Shown here: positions 39,692 through 52,262 of the stretch, one piece after another
Layout of the letters: every line of letters begins with the position of its first letter
Numbering within the stretch: position 1 is the stretch's first letter
DNA from: Camelus dromedarius
Taxonomy: Eukaryota
Length of the DNA: 64,000 nucleotides
NCBI RefSeq assembly: GCF_036321535.1
Contig: NC_087436.1
Coordinates: 40,798,001-40,862,000, forward strand
Direction of reading: 5' to 3'
Made by a program: the position numbers and the translations under genes
Notes under the pieces: model-generated
What the model saw: the letters and a program-made list of their open reading frames with translations, nothing else
Told to the model about the DNA's origin: nothing
The model's database searches: none

Positions 39692-40990
39692 CAAATTACA
39701 ATATTCTCTAACACCGTATACAACAATAAAGTCAAAATAGATTAAAGACCTAAATGTAAATATAAGGCCAGAAACCATAAAACTCCTAGAAGAAAACATA
39801 GGCCCAACACTCTTTGACATAAATCATAGTAATGTTTTTTTTTTAGATCTGTCTCCTAAAGCGAAGAAAATAAAAGCAAATATAAACAAATGGGACTTGA
39901 TTAAACTCAAAAGCTTTTGCACAGCAAAGGACACCATCCACAAAACAAAAGGATAACCTACTGATTGAGAAAATATTTGTAAATTATACTCCTGATAAGG
40001 GGTTAATATCCAAAATATATAAGTGGCTCATGCAACTCAACATCAAAAAATAAATAAATAAATAAATAAACAACTCAATTTAAAAAGGGGCAGAAGACCT
40101 AAATAGACATTTTTAAAAAGAAGACATACAGATGGCTAATAGGCACATGAAAAGATGTTCAAATAATTAATCATCATAGAAATGCAAATTAAAACCACAG
40201 TGAGGTATCACCTCACAGTCAGAATGGCTATTACCAAAAAGAACACAAACAACAAATGCTAGCGAGGATGTGGAGAAAGGAGAACCTTGTACACTGTGGG
40301 TGGGAATGTAAATTGGTGCAGCCACTATGGAAAACAGTATAGAGGCTTCTCAAAAAATGAAAAACAGAACTACCATATGACCCAGCAATTCCACTCCTGG
40401 GTATCTATTTGGAAAAAAAAAAATGAAAACACTAATTTGAAAAGATATGTGCTCCCCAATGTTCATAGCAGCATTATTTATAATTGCCAAGATATGGAAG
40501 CAACGTAACAGAAGAATGGATAAGGAAGATGTGAGACATATATACACACACACAACATAATATTACTCAGCCATAAAAATGAAATTTTGCTATTTGCAAC
40601 AACATAGATGGACTTGGAGGGTATTATGCTAAGTGAAGTAAGTCAGACAAGGAAAGAAAAATACTATATGCTATAACTTGTATGTAAAATTAAAAAAAAT
40701 AAACCAGTGAATATAATAAAAAAGAATCAGATTCACAGATATAGAGAACAAACTAGTGGTTACCAATGGGGAGAGGGAAGGGGGAGGGGCAACATGGGGG
40801 TGGGGATTAAGAGGTACAAATTACTATGTATAAAATAAATGAGCTACAAGGATATACAGTACAACACAGGGAATGTAGCCGACATTTTATAATAACTCTT
40901 CATGGAATGTAACCTTAAAATTTATGAACCACTTTGTTGAATATTGGAAACTTACAAAATATTGTACATCAACTATATCTCAATAAAAAA
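39692..40990 (+). mobile_element. L1 3' ~1.3 kb of intermediate age (L1MA9/laurasiatherian-like)
   Basis: ORF2 end and 3'UTR to polyA; diverged 19-bp TSD aagactctgtaggctggat (39673-39691) / aagaccctttaggctagat (40991-41009). Confidence 0.92.
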
Positions 40991-41033
40991 AAGACCCTTT
41001 AGGCTAGATGCAGCCTTCTTACATTTCATTTAG

Positions 41034-41439
41034 AATTATTTAGTATGGGACTTTGGTAAATGCAATAATTTAGGTGAGAAATACAATATGCAGTAAGGTC
41101 TTAGTTTTTCTCTGCTCCCGAGATCCTTGGTAAGTAGAGTATACGCTGGTGTAATGCTTTGAAAAACCCTTCCAAAGGTTTATATCCTGAAGAGTAGAAA
41201 CAAGGAAAAAGGATATGCGCTATATCCAAGGTCCCAGGACTCCACTTACAGGACTATGTATAATACCTTGTGCTTTCACTGCATGAAGGGCAGAGTGAAT
41301 TGACCAACCCAGATGTGAAGAGAATAGTGAATATTAACCCCTAAAAATGCTGTCACTTTCAAGTGTTCTTCACAGTCCAGTCCACACAGTGAAAAAGTGA
41401 ACTTACTGCCTGCAGTAGAAGATTTAGTGTAACAGGAAT
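41034..41439 (+). pseudogene. Candidate exons E1 (41034-41129) and E2 (~41231-41439) of a decayed gene
   Basis: E1: acceptor ccttcttacatttcatttag|, donor TTG|GTAAGT, exactly 32 codons with one TAA (NYLVWDFGKCNNLGEKYNMQ*GLSFSLLPRSL). E2: weak acceptor, donor AAT|GTAAGT, several stops. Confidence 0.35.
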
Positions 41440-41569
41440 GTAAGTAACTTTTACGTTTCCAAATTGTTCTTTTTAAGAGGCTGACAAGATGTGCAGGCAT
41501 GTTAGTAAATTTTTTGTCCAATACCTTTGTTCCCTTAAAGAACTGCAGTAGCCTGGAGACCTGTGATAG

Positions 41570-41755
41570 TCAATTTTAGCACATATCAGAATCACTTTGA
41601 GGGCTTGTTCAAAAGCAGATTTCTGGGCCCAAGCAACACAGCTTCTGATAGAGTAATGCTTCTGGTGGTAGCATAGAATGAAAATTTGCTGTACGAGTAG
41701 GTACCCAGGTGACGTGGAGACTGCTGTCTCAGAGACCACACTTTGAGAACCACTG
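41570..41755 (+). mobile_element. MER5A hAT-Charlie MITE
   Basis: atcagaatcac..gagggcttgtt.aaaagcagatttctgggccc...gaccacactttgagaaccactg. Confidence 0.88.
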
Positions 41756-42199
41756 CTCAGGGTTCATACTTTCTCTCACAAGTCAACTTCAAATTATCAG
41801 GGAAATGCAAATCAAAACTGCAATGAACTATCTTCTCACACTGGTCAGAATGGCCATCATTAAAAGGTCCACAGACGATATAAATGGAATTGAACACAGA
41901 AATCTGTTTACCCAGTTTACTAATTTCTAACATTTATATATTTGCTATTTGTTTTGTCACTCATTCTCATCCCCTCTCTCTCTCCGTCCCCTCAACATCT
42001 TTCATACTTGAGCACATTGTATATAACATGTCACTGTTGCCCTTTTTAGTATGTATTCCCGAAGAAACTGCCTGTTTTTCATACAAAGCACAACATTAAC
42101 AACATGTAAAAAGTGTTACATTGAGTGAAAAGAACATTTGCTGCAAAAATTGACCAAGATCAGTCACAGGAATGCTGGCCTTTTCACTATAGTTTTTAA

Positions 42200-42420
42200 C
42201 TTTTTTTTAAATTGAAGTATAGTCTATTTACAATGTTATGTTAATTTCTGGTGTAAAGCATAGTGATTCAGTTATACATGGATACATATATACACACATA
42301 CTCCTTTTCATATTCTTTTTCATTATAGGCCATTACAAGGTATTGAATGTAGTTTCCTGTGCTATCCAGTAGGGCCTTGCTGTTTATTTTATATATAGTA
42401 GTCTATATCTACAAATCCAC
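42200..42420 (-). mobile_element. Cetartiodactyl L1 3' end
   Basis: ttttttaaattgaagtatagtctatttacaatgttatgttaatttctggtgta. Confidence 0.9.
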
Positions 42421-42424
42421 CCAC

Positions 42425-42698
42425 ACTCCTTAGATTGTATCCCCCTTACTCCATCTTCAAAACCAGCAAAGATAAGTTGAATCTTTCTCATATCCCATCA
42501 CTCTGGCCTCCTAGTCCTGCACTCGTCTTTCTCTTTCAAGGACTTTGTGATAATCATTTAGCCAGATAACCTAAAATAATCTTTTATCATTTAGTTAGCA
42601 AACATAATTTCATTTATAATCTTAATTCCTCCTTGCCATATAAAGTGATATATTCACAAGTTTTGGGGGCTTCTCTGTGGGGCTATTGTTCTATCACA
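42425..42698 (-). mobile_element. MLT1 LTR fragment
   Basis: ccatcttcaaaaccagca..aaggactttgtgataatcatt..ttgccatataaagtgatatattcacaag. Confidence 0.75.
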
Positions 42699-42779
42699 GT
42701 AATATAATTAAGTTTCATTATAATAACTTAATTTCTTTGTAGTACCATAGTTATGTGTCTGTAAGAAAAAATTAATAAA

Positions 42780-42990
42780 GTAAAACTATGGACTTTGGGA
42801 GAGTATGATATGCCCATACAAGGTTCATCCTTGTCAAATAATGTACCACTCAGGTAAGTGATGTTGACAATTGGTGGCTGTGTGTGTGGTGGGGGCCAGG
42901 GTGGGTAGAGGGTACAGGAAGTCTCTGTACCTTCCTCTGAAATTTATTGTAAAGCTAAAACTTCTCTGAAAAAAAGATAGTCTTAAAAAA
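42780..42990 (+). mobile_element. L1MC-type 3' end
   Basis: aaactatggactttggg..aatgtaccactc..ggaagtctctgtaccttcc..aaagctaaaact. Confidence 0.85.
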
Positions 42991-45839
42991 GTAATCCCTT
43001 CCTTAAAAAAGCAGTTCCATTTTTAAAGAAGTTACTAGAGAAGTAGATTTACATATGCTTGTAGTATAACTAGCACGATTCTTTATCCTCTTGGGGGTGA
43101 TGGGCTTCCATGCACACTTAACGACAATTGATCTTTTCTTCTGAAGGGTGACTTACATTGTGGGAGGGTAGGTAAAGGTCCTTTTACTTTAACAGCATGT
43201 CACAGATTCTATCTTATTCCGAATTTCAGCCACATGCTTTTTTTTTTATTGTAATATCTAATTATCAGATATTTTTACTACTCTTATCATCTTGGTGTCC
43301 CTAAGGATTGCTGCTATTCTTTCAACTGACCTGATACATTGGACTTATCACTTTGTCAAACACCTCCTGACATCTCAATCCATCACCTGTATTGTGATAC
43401 ACATCACTGAGATACTGCACTGATTCACCAGTGTCCTTCCGCTCTAGTCATTGGCTCTCTCAATAGACATTATTTATAACAAGGAGTACATTTTCTGATC
43501 TTGAAAAATTACTTTCAGAGTGAAAAGAACACAAGGTTGGAAAACAGAGAAAAAAATACAAGGAAAACTCAACAAAGAGATGCCCACCATGAACGTTTCG
43601 GAGTATGTTATTCCAACATCTACTAATAGCACAGGCGTCATTTCTGGTCCCTGTCCATATGGGTTAATTCTCTCAATTCCTCTAAAACTCAGTAAGAATC
43701 CCCATGCCTTCACTGACTTCCACAGGATTTTAATATAACCAAACGTAGCGTATTTAGCTTTTCTTTTTTTATCGCCAAAGTCTTGCAGGAGCGTAATGAG
43801 GTGTCGTGTCATTTAGTGCTCACAGTGCAATGGGGAACTACTCACTGGAACCTTCACGCCCCAAACACTGGACCACTGTCACCTGTGTTCCCAGTCTTGC
43901 TCTCTCCTCTCACTCCTTGGAAAGAGCAGCTTCATTTTCAGACATGAAGCCAAAAGCCATTTTCAACAAAAATGGTTCTTTCCCTAAAATATTTATACTT
44001 GGGAATACTTACACTTGGGAATAAACCTTGCATTGCCTCCATGACTTTATACAGATACATTATCCAAAAAAGTCTATAAAGAGAAAAGGCCTATCAGACT
44101 TTCGTCAATGGCAAGTAGCTTAATACCCAGGTCAAAGAGAATTAAGCACAAAGGAAATATGTCAGTTTATACAAGTGGGCATCTGAGGGATGGCAGACTC
44201 CCCAAACTGGGTAATCCTTGGTCCATTTGCCTGTAGTCCTTTGGCTTTTTTTCCCCCATGTAGCAAGGTGGCAGTGATAGTCCAGATTTAACATTGTCAT
44301 GTCACTCTCAGGCACGCTGAAAAAAACTTTCCTTAAGTCTTCCCAGTGATCTGGATTTTAACATATGTCCATTCTAAATTGATCACTAGTTTTAAAGAAA
44401 AAAAAAAAGGTGTAGCTGTCCTCAGGCTTTTCACTCAGTCTCACCAGTGTTGGGAGATCATATCATCTTCTCATAGTGAACACGGGTTAAATAAAATAGA
44501 GTGTGAATACAGAACAAAAGAGATGTTCAGGTGGGAAGCAGAAAGGATGGGTGTTCATTAGGCAAATAATAAGGCCAATATAAACATATTTTTATATGAA
44601 ATATATTGGATTGTTTTGTCAGTTTTTGCCTTTGGCAACACAGCATTAAAAATGTCTGTAACATTAAAAAAATATGTGGTTACAAAAGAGCTTTAAATGC
44701 TTTAGGTGAAATGAAGGATTGAAATTCCCTGGCGCTTTTCATTGTTTTTATTTCTTACTATCTATATCTCATTTATTTAGGCTCACTTTAATTATAATAA
44801 AGTAAGTGTGTAAAAATTGTTATTCCACTTAAGCAGCAATTAGTCTCTTTATTTGATTTACCAAATTATCCAGAGGCTATATTTATTCAAAGGCATGCTG
44901 TCCATGTATGAGTGGTTTACCTGATCCACATAAGGCCAGTCAGGTTTTCTCTCTCGGAAATTTGTGATGTGACCTGAAATGCTTTGCATCAAGATAGGTT
45001 ATTGGCAATGTTCTAGAGAGACACAGGTGAACTCTTGCTGTTAAGGTACTTGCAGATTCCAAGGCTGCTGACATTTTCAAGTCTTTCTGGTTCAGTGATT
45101 TCTTGCTTTCTGTAAACTATCACAGCATCCTTTCAAAAGAATTCCTTTAGTCTACAGAGCCAAAGTCAATGTTTCTTCACTTGAAATGAAAAGCAACTTA
45201 ATTCTAACAATGAGGAAAAGTAGGACTTTATAGGGGAAAATGGCAGGAAAATAAAACCATCAATATTAACTTTCCTCCCTTAACCATTTTCTGTATGGAT
45301 TTGGATACCTATATGTGGCCATAAGTGACCACTTCAGAATGTGTAGAAATACTCAGCTGACTGAAATCTTTAAACATGTAGGTACTAAAAAAGTATAAAT
45401 GTAATATAAATTTATTAACTGTTCTTCCTTGATCATAGAGTGCTTCTTTGATATTGTACAGCCAAATGACCATGTGAAAGAGTGCTGACAAGAGAAAATG
45501 TGTTAATTCTACTTGAGTTGTATCATTTCTTACTCAGCCTCCATGATTTTTAAAATATTTTTGAAAATTTTTTCATGATAGTGTTTCCTTCTACTGTTTG
45601 ATTTTTATATGAACAAGAAATTGGGTGGATGGAAACAAATATTTATATACTAAAAGTTACGGTGTAACTTTTAGGACAATTTACTTTCCTGTCCTATCTT
45701 TGACAATTATGTGGTGCCATCAAAGTCAGAGCTATTCCAGTGCAAATGTATCCTACCAATAAGGATCAATAGATGAAAGATTCCTCCACTGAAATATTGA
45801 CAGTCTCAAGAAAACATACTAGAAATATATGAATCTTTT

Positions 45840-48800
45840 TTATAGACTTTGCTTTTTAGGAAAGTTTTAGGTTCACATGAATGTTGGTAGGTACAGAGGT
45901 TGGCCATATATTCCATGTTTGTATGAACACATAGATTCCCCATTACCAACATCCCACACCACAGTGGCATATTTGATAAAATTTATGTTCACTGACATAT
46001 TATGACCCCAAGTCCTTAGTTTACATTAGATTTCACCCTTGTGTGGTACATTCCATGGGTCTGGATGAATGTGTAATGACATTTATTCACCTTTATAGTA
46101 TCATACAGAGCAGTTTTACTGATTTAAAAATCTTCTGTGTTTTACCTATTCATCCCCCCCACCAACCTCTGGCAATCACTTATTTTTTTATTATCTCCAT
46201 AGTTTTGCCTTTTCCCGAATGTTATATAGTTGGAGTCATACAGTACATAGTCTTTTCATATAGTATTCTTCTACTTAATAATACCCACTTAAGTTTCCTC
46301 CATGTCTTTTCATAGCTTGAGAGGTCATTTTAGTGCTGAATATTGCTTGGATGTATCACTATTTATTTATCCATTCACCTACTGAAGGTTATCTTGGTTG
46401 CTTCCAAGTGTTGGCAATTATGAATAAGACTGTTGCTATAAACATGCATATGTAGTTTCCATGAGTTAGACATAAATGTTCAGCTCAGTTCATCTGGGTA
46501 AATATCAGGGAGCATGACTGCTGGATGGTACATTAAGAGTATTTTTTCTTGATGAGAAATCAAAACCTGTCTTCCACAGTGGCTATTCCATTTTCCATTT
46601 CTATCAGCAATGAATGAAAGTTCTGTTGCTCCCCATCCTCATTAGCATTTGGTGTTCTCATTGTTTTGCATTTTGGTCATTCTAATAGGTGTGTAGTGAT
46701 ATGTCATTGTGGTTCTAGTTTTTACTTCCCTGAGGACATATTATGTGAAGCAACTTTTCATATGATTATTTGACCTCTGTATTATCTTGTCATCTTCTTT
46801 GTTGAGGTATCTGTTAAGAAAAGGGAACATTCCTACACTGCTGGTGGGAATGCAGTTTGATGCAGTCCCTGTGGAAAACAGTATGGAGATTCCTCAAAAG
46901 ACTAGGAATAGACTTACTATAGGACCCACGAATCCCGCTCCTGGGCATATATCCAGAAGGAACCCTACTTCAAAATGACACCTGCACCCCAATGTTCATA
47001 GCAGCACTATTTACAATAGCCAAGACATGGAAACAGCCTAAATGTCCATCAACAGATGACTGGATAAAGAAGAGGTGGTATATTTATACAATGGAATAGT
47101 ATTCAGCCATAAAAACCGACAACATAACACCATTTGCAGCAACATGGGTGTTCCTGGAGAATGTCATTCTAAGTGAAGTAAGCCAGAAAGAGAAATAAGA
47201 ATATCATATGAGATTGCTCATATGTGGAATCTAAAAAAAAGAAACAACAAACAAAGCATAAATACAAAACAGAAACAGACTCACAGACATAGAATACAAA
47301 CTTGTGGTTGCCAAGGGGGCAGGGGATGGGAAGGGACAGACTGGGATTTCAAAATTTGTAGGTACTGACAGGTATATGCAGAATAGATAAACAAGATTAT
47401 ACTGCATAGCACAGGGAAATATACACAAGATCTTATGGTAGCTCACAGCAAAAAAAAATATGACAATGAATACATGTATGTTCATGTATAACTGAAAAAT
47501 TGTGCTCTACACTGGAATTTGACACAACATTGTAAAACGACTATAACTCAATAAAAAATGTTAAAAAAAAGAACTTTGGCCCATTTTTTATAAGGTTCTT
47601 TCCTTATTATTGAGTTTTAAGTGTTCTTTGTATATTTTGTGTAACATCCTTTATCAGATACATCTTCGCAAATACTTTTTTCCAGTCCATGGCTTGTTTT
47701 TTTCTCTTGTCAGTGCCTTTTGCAGAGCAAAACTTTTCATTTTAATGCATTCAAACTTGCCAATTCTGTTTCATGGATTGTGTCTTTAGTGTTGTATCTA
47801 AGGAGTTATCACCATACCCAAGGTCATCTAAATTTTATCCTGTTATCTTTCAGGAATTTTACAGGTTTTAGTTTTATATTTAGGTTTATGATCTATTTTG
47901 AGTTAATTTTTGTGAAGGGAGTAAAGCCCGTGTCCAGATTCTATTTTTTGGCATGTGGATGTCCAGTTGTTCATTTGTTTCTGCACCACTTGTTGGAAAA
48001 ACTCTTTGTTCCATTGTATAGCCTTTGCTCTTTTATTAAAGATCAGTTTACTCTATTTATGTGGGTCGACTTTTGTGATCTTTATTCTGTTCCATTGATC
48101 TATTTATTTTTCCACCAATTCCATATTCTTCTTTATGACAACCTTATAGTAAGTCTTGAAGTTGAGTAGTATTTATCCTCCAACATTGTTTTTTCTCCTT
48201 CAATAGAGTGTTGGCTATTCTGAGTCTTTTGCTTCTCCATATATATGTTTTAAATTTTGATTGGGATTGCATCAAGTTGGGAAAAACTGACATTTAGACA
48301 ATATTGAGTCATCCTGTCCATGGACATGGACTGTCTCTCTATTCATTTAGTTCTTCTCTGATTTTGTTTATTAGTTTTGTAGTTTTCCTCAGATAGATCT
48401 TGTACATATTTTACTAGATTTATATGTAATTATTTCATTTTGAGGGGTACTAATGTAAATGGTATTGTGTTTGTAATTTCAAATTCCACTTATTCATTGC
48501 TGGTATATAGAAAAGTGATTGATTTTTGTATATTTATCCTGTATCCTACAACTTTGCTATAATTACTTTTTAGTTCCAGGAAGTTAATTTTTTTCAATTC
48601 TTTCAGACTTTCTATATGGATAATCATGTCTGTGAACAAAGACAGTTTTATTTCTTCCTTCCAAATCTTTGTACTTTTTACTTATTTTTCTTATTCGCTA
48701 GAACTTCTAGGACAATGTTGAAAAGAAGTGGTTTGGGGGCACATTCTTATTACTTTGTCACTGATTTTAGTGGGAAAACTTCAAGTTCCTAACCATTAAA

Positions 48801-49075
48801 TAACCATGTTAGCTGTAGGATTTTTGTAAATATTTTTATCAAGTTAGGAAGTTTCCATTCTATTCCTAGTTTACTGAGCGTTTTTATCATAAATGGGTGT
48901 TGGATTTTATCAAATAGCTTTTTCTACATCTATTTATAGGATCATGTGATTTTTCTTTTTTAGCCTGTTGACATGATTACAATATGATTTTCAAACGTTG
49001 AACCAGCCTTGCATATTTTAAATAAATCCCACTTTTTTTGTGGTACATAACTAGTTTTTACATTGTTGAATGTGA
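45840..49075 (-). mobile_element. L1MC1-like element (~2.5 kb) interrupted by a younger L1
   Basis: Continuous antisense 3'UTR/ORF2 sequence on both sides of the 46821-47568 insert. Confidence 0.9.
46821..47568 (+). mobile_element. Young camelid-type L1 3' end nested in an older L1
   Basis: Little-diverged ORF2 end and 3'UTR (..gacacaacattgtaaaacgactataactcaataaaaaatgttaaaaaaaa); aagaa duplicated at 46816-46820 and 47569-47573. Confidence 0.92.
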
Positions 49076-50441
49076 ACATCATTGGTCTAAATGTACCAGT
49101 TGGATTGTTGATATAGTTACATTAATATATATTGCATTTGTTATTATTTTCTAGTTGTTGCCCTATATCAATCTTTTTGTAGTTATTTCCATTTTTCAAC
49201 ATGTATAAATTTTGCAGGCTGTAATGTATAAGTTAACTACACAGAAAAATTATCTGTCTAATCATGCATTGTATAGATTTTTTCATAAATATGATTTATT
49301 CTAAGTAGAATTATTATTAATAGCAAACAAATATTATTTGCTGTAGCTTAAATCCATTTCCTATTATTTGATTCTCTGTGTTTATGGTTAATAAAAACAT
49401 AAAAATTATTCTAATAAACAGATTCTGTCACTTTGTTAGAAAGGAAGACTCAATAGTTAAATAATCAGTCAGTTCATTGATTAAGTTGTATCTGTGTGTG
49501 TACCCATTTGTGCAAATTCTAGAATGGCAATATAGGAGATAATATAGGAGATATATACAAAACAAGACTTATAAGTTTTGTTGGAGATAATATATCCATA
49601 CTAATAGACATATAGACATGTGGATATGTATAGAGATATATAGATATCAGTAGACTACAGACTATAACATTATGTGGTAATATGCTATAAAATTCATAAA
49701 AGCTTGAAGTATTGAGAAGGTGTTTCCTGATTAAAGGAAGAATTCCAAGAGGGGAGTGTGGTGTTAGGTTCAGAGAGAATGCTATATTGATACAGAAGAG
49801 AGGGAGATACAGAAAAATGATTTGAAGAATAGGGAGATAAAATAGGCAAGCAATGTGCATTATATTTTATAATTTAGCACTAAATTTAGTGTATTTATAA
49901 TTTTTACAACATTCTTGTTTGCCTAATTTAACCATAGGACAGTCAAATGGATGCATCTTTGATTAACATGTCAGTCTGATTTCTACCCAATTTTACAGCA
50001 TGAGGATTACTCAAGTTTATTTTTTTCTGTTAACACAAAATACAGGATTACAGTTCTAAATGTAGTCACCATATCTTAAACATCAGCATTCCACAATTTT
50101 CTTTTAGACTTCAGTGCTCTCTACAACTTCACAGAAATGCCTTTAAAAATCTACATGATTTTAGCAAGTTATTTACTTCAACAAGCATCATTTTTTAATC
50201 AAAGAATTTCTGACATCTATGTTTAAATAAAGTTCTACATTTTACTTATGTGGAAATGAGGGATTAGAAAGACTTGCATGAAATTTATACAGAGAGACTG
50301 TAGGAAGTACTATGAGAATAACTTTCAACATAGGCTTTCAAAAGAAATCATATGTTTTTGCTGAAATTAAAAGTCTCTAAACTCTATTTACTTTTTCATT
50401 TTATGTTTGTGGTGTTACATTGCTGTGTGTTTACTTTAAAG

Positions 50442-50904
50442 GACAAGGGTTCTCGCCTGAAAATGAGTATCACCTTGCAGAAGACGTTAATGTGCCAAAG
50501 TATTTCATTGTGGTTTTTTTCTGCCCTTTTTTCAAGTAAATATCCCTGATAGTAAAGGGACTGACAAATTTAAGTGGAAAACAATAGCATCAAAACGAGA
50601 AACACAACCTTCATGTGTAGTCACGTGAAGCTTTAAAAAAGGAGACAGATGATTGGGTTGAATTTCAAAAACTTTCCTGTAAGTATAGAAGCTATAGATC
50701 CTTTTACTAAACACCAGAAGATTTTTGAGGAATAGTGGAGTGTCTGAATAGTATTTCTTTAATTCACACCCCACCTCCATCTCTGCTGGGATTCTCTCTG
50801 TGTTACTTTAAAACTGAGGGAGCAAGTGCAGCTCTTATCTTGCTTTCAGTACACGATCACTGCGAGTGGGCGATGCCTGCCTATGCCTTGCGCTGCAACT
50901 GACG
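50442..50904 (+). pseudogene. Candidate exons F (50442-50678) and G (50850-50904) of a decayed gene
   Basis: F: tttactttaaag| to CCT|GTAAGT, 237 nt, phase 1-1, three stops. G: cttatcttgctttcag| to ACG|GTAATT, five CpGs in 55 nt, reads LHDHCEWAMPAYALRCN* when joined to F. Confidence 0.35.
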
Positions 50905-52179
50905 GTAATTTTCCAGTAATAAATGATCTTTGCTAGGACTACATATTTAGATTCCAATTTACTTCATGTACAGTTTTCATTGAGTCATTCATTGGAATGA
51001 CAAGTTCCATCTATACACTGTTATTTTATTTAAACAGTAAACCTGCTCTTCAGGTTGGAACTAAGTTATTTTCATATTACCCATTAAGAGATAATAAATC
51101 TTAATTTCAGCTCTAAATCATAAATTGAAAGTCCTTTAAATTTTCTATTTTAAATGCTGTCTTAACTGTATTCCTAAGACAATCTCAAGAACATTGCTTC
51201 CTTGGTATTCCAGAATATAGTATCAGTTTTGAAAAACTATTCATGTGTTTATACAGAAAATTTTCTTCCTATGGTAATAGAAAATGTCAACCAACACTCC
51301 TGGAATGATTTCTACTCATATACTTTACCATAAGGAAAATAAGAGTAGACCTGGAAGCAAAACTTAAAGGCTTTGCTGTCTTTTTAATTTTTAAAAATGT
51401 CATAAGAGCAACAATTTGATTTTCTTTTATTTTTGCTTCTATTAAAAGGATAATTAAAAAATTTCCCCTAAGTTACTGCATATATTTGATTAAATTGAAA
51501 ACTCATTCACTTATTTATATTCATTCATTAACTTCTTATAAAGCATAATTAAATATTTTCTGTTAAACTTTGATTGCTAAAACATCTAACCAAAGTGTAA
51601 CTTTATCTTTCCTTGAGGTAATAATTATTATAACAAACAACTTACATAGGAATATTCCTTTGAAATGGTTTAAAAATACTTAAATAGGCCTTGTTATGCT
51701 ATAGAGACCTTAATAAACACAAAGGCAAGCTTGACCACAGCGACTTATTTCTTGACTACCCTAAGGCATACCAATTGTATTTTGACCATTCTAGCACCTT
51801 TCCATGCAAACACATTTGATTTCTGCAGTTCAATGTCTCTTTAGACTCCAGATCTTATAATTCAGTCACAGCTGACTTCCTGGCTAATTTTTTTTTTTAC
51901 TTTCTTGACATACATGTTTGCTACATTCAGATATTTCATGCTTTTCCTGTAGTTTCCTTACAGCTTATCCTTTAGGACACACAGGTGTGGTAAAGAAAGC
52001 TTCTTACCTTCAAGTCCTGCCTCTGCATGAGGTTCAGTGCTGTCTACTCAAGTCACAGTTTTACTGCAAGTAATGGGTTTCTCCTTCCCATGATTCAGTT
52101 TTGGGATCCTGCCTAGAGGATGATATTAAATATATAATTTTTGATAATTCTTTAGGGATAACTTTTAAAAATTCATATA

Positions 52180-52262
52180 TGTATAACTGAATCACTATGC
52201 TATACATCAGAAATTAACATAACATTGTAAACTGACTATACTTCAATAAAAAATTAAAAAAT
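52180..52262 (+). mobile_element. Very short L1 3' terminus
   Basis: gtataactgaatcactatgctatacatcagaaattaacataacattgtaaactgactatacttcaataaaaaa; ttcatatat on both sides. Confidence 0.85.

Noticed and set aside
46787..47230. L1 ORF2 C-terminal peptide-like translations (also at 18456-18662 and 33954-34148)
   Set aside because: 5'-truncated retrotransposon fragments, not functional genes; no full-length L1 is present.
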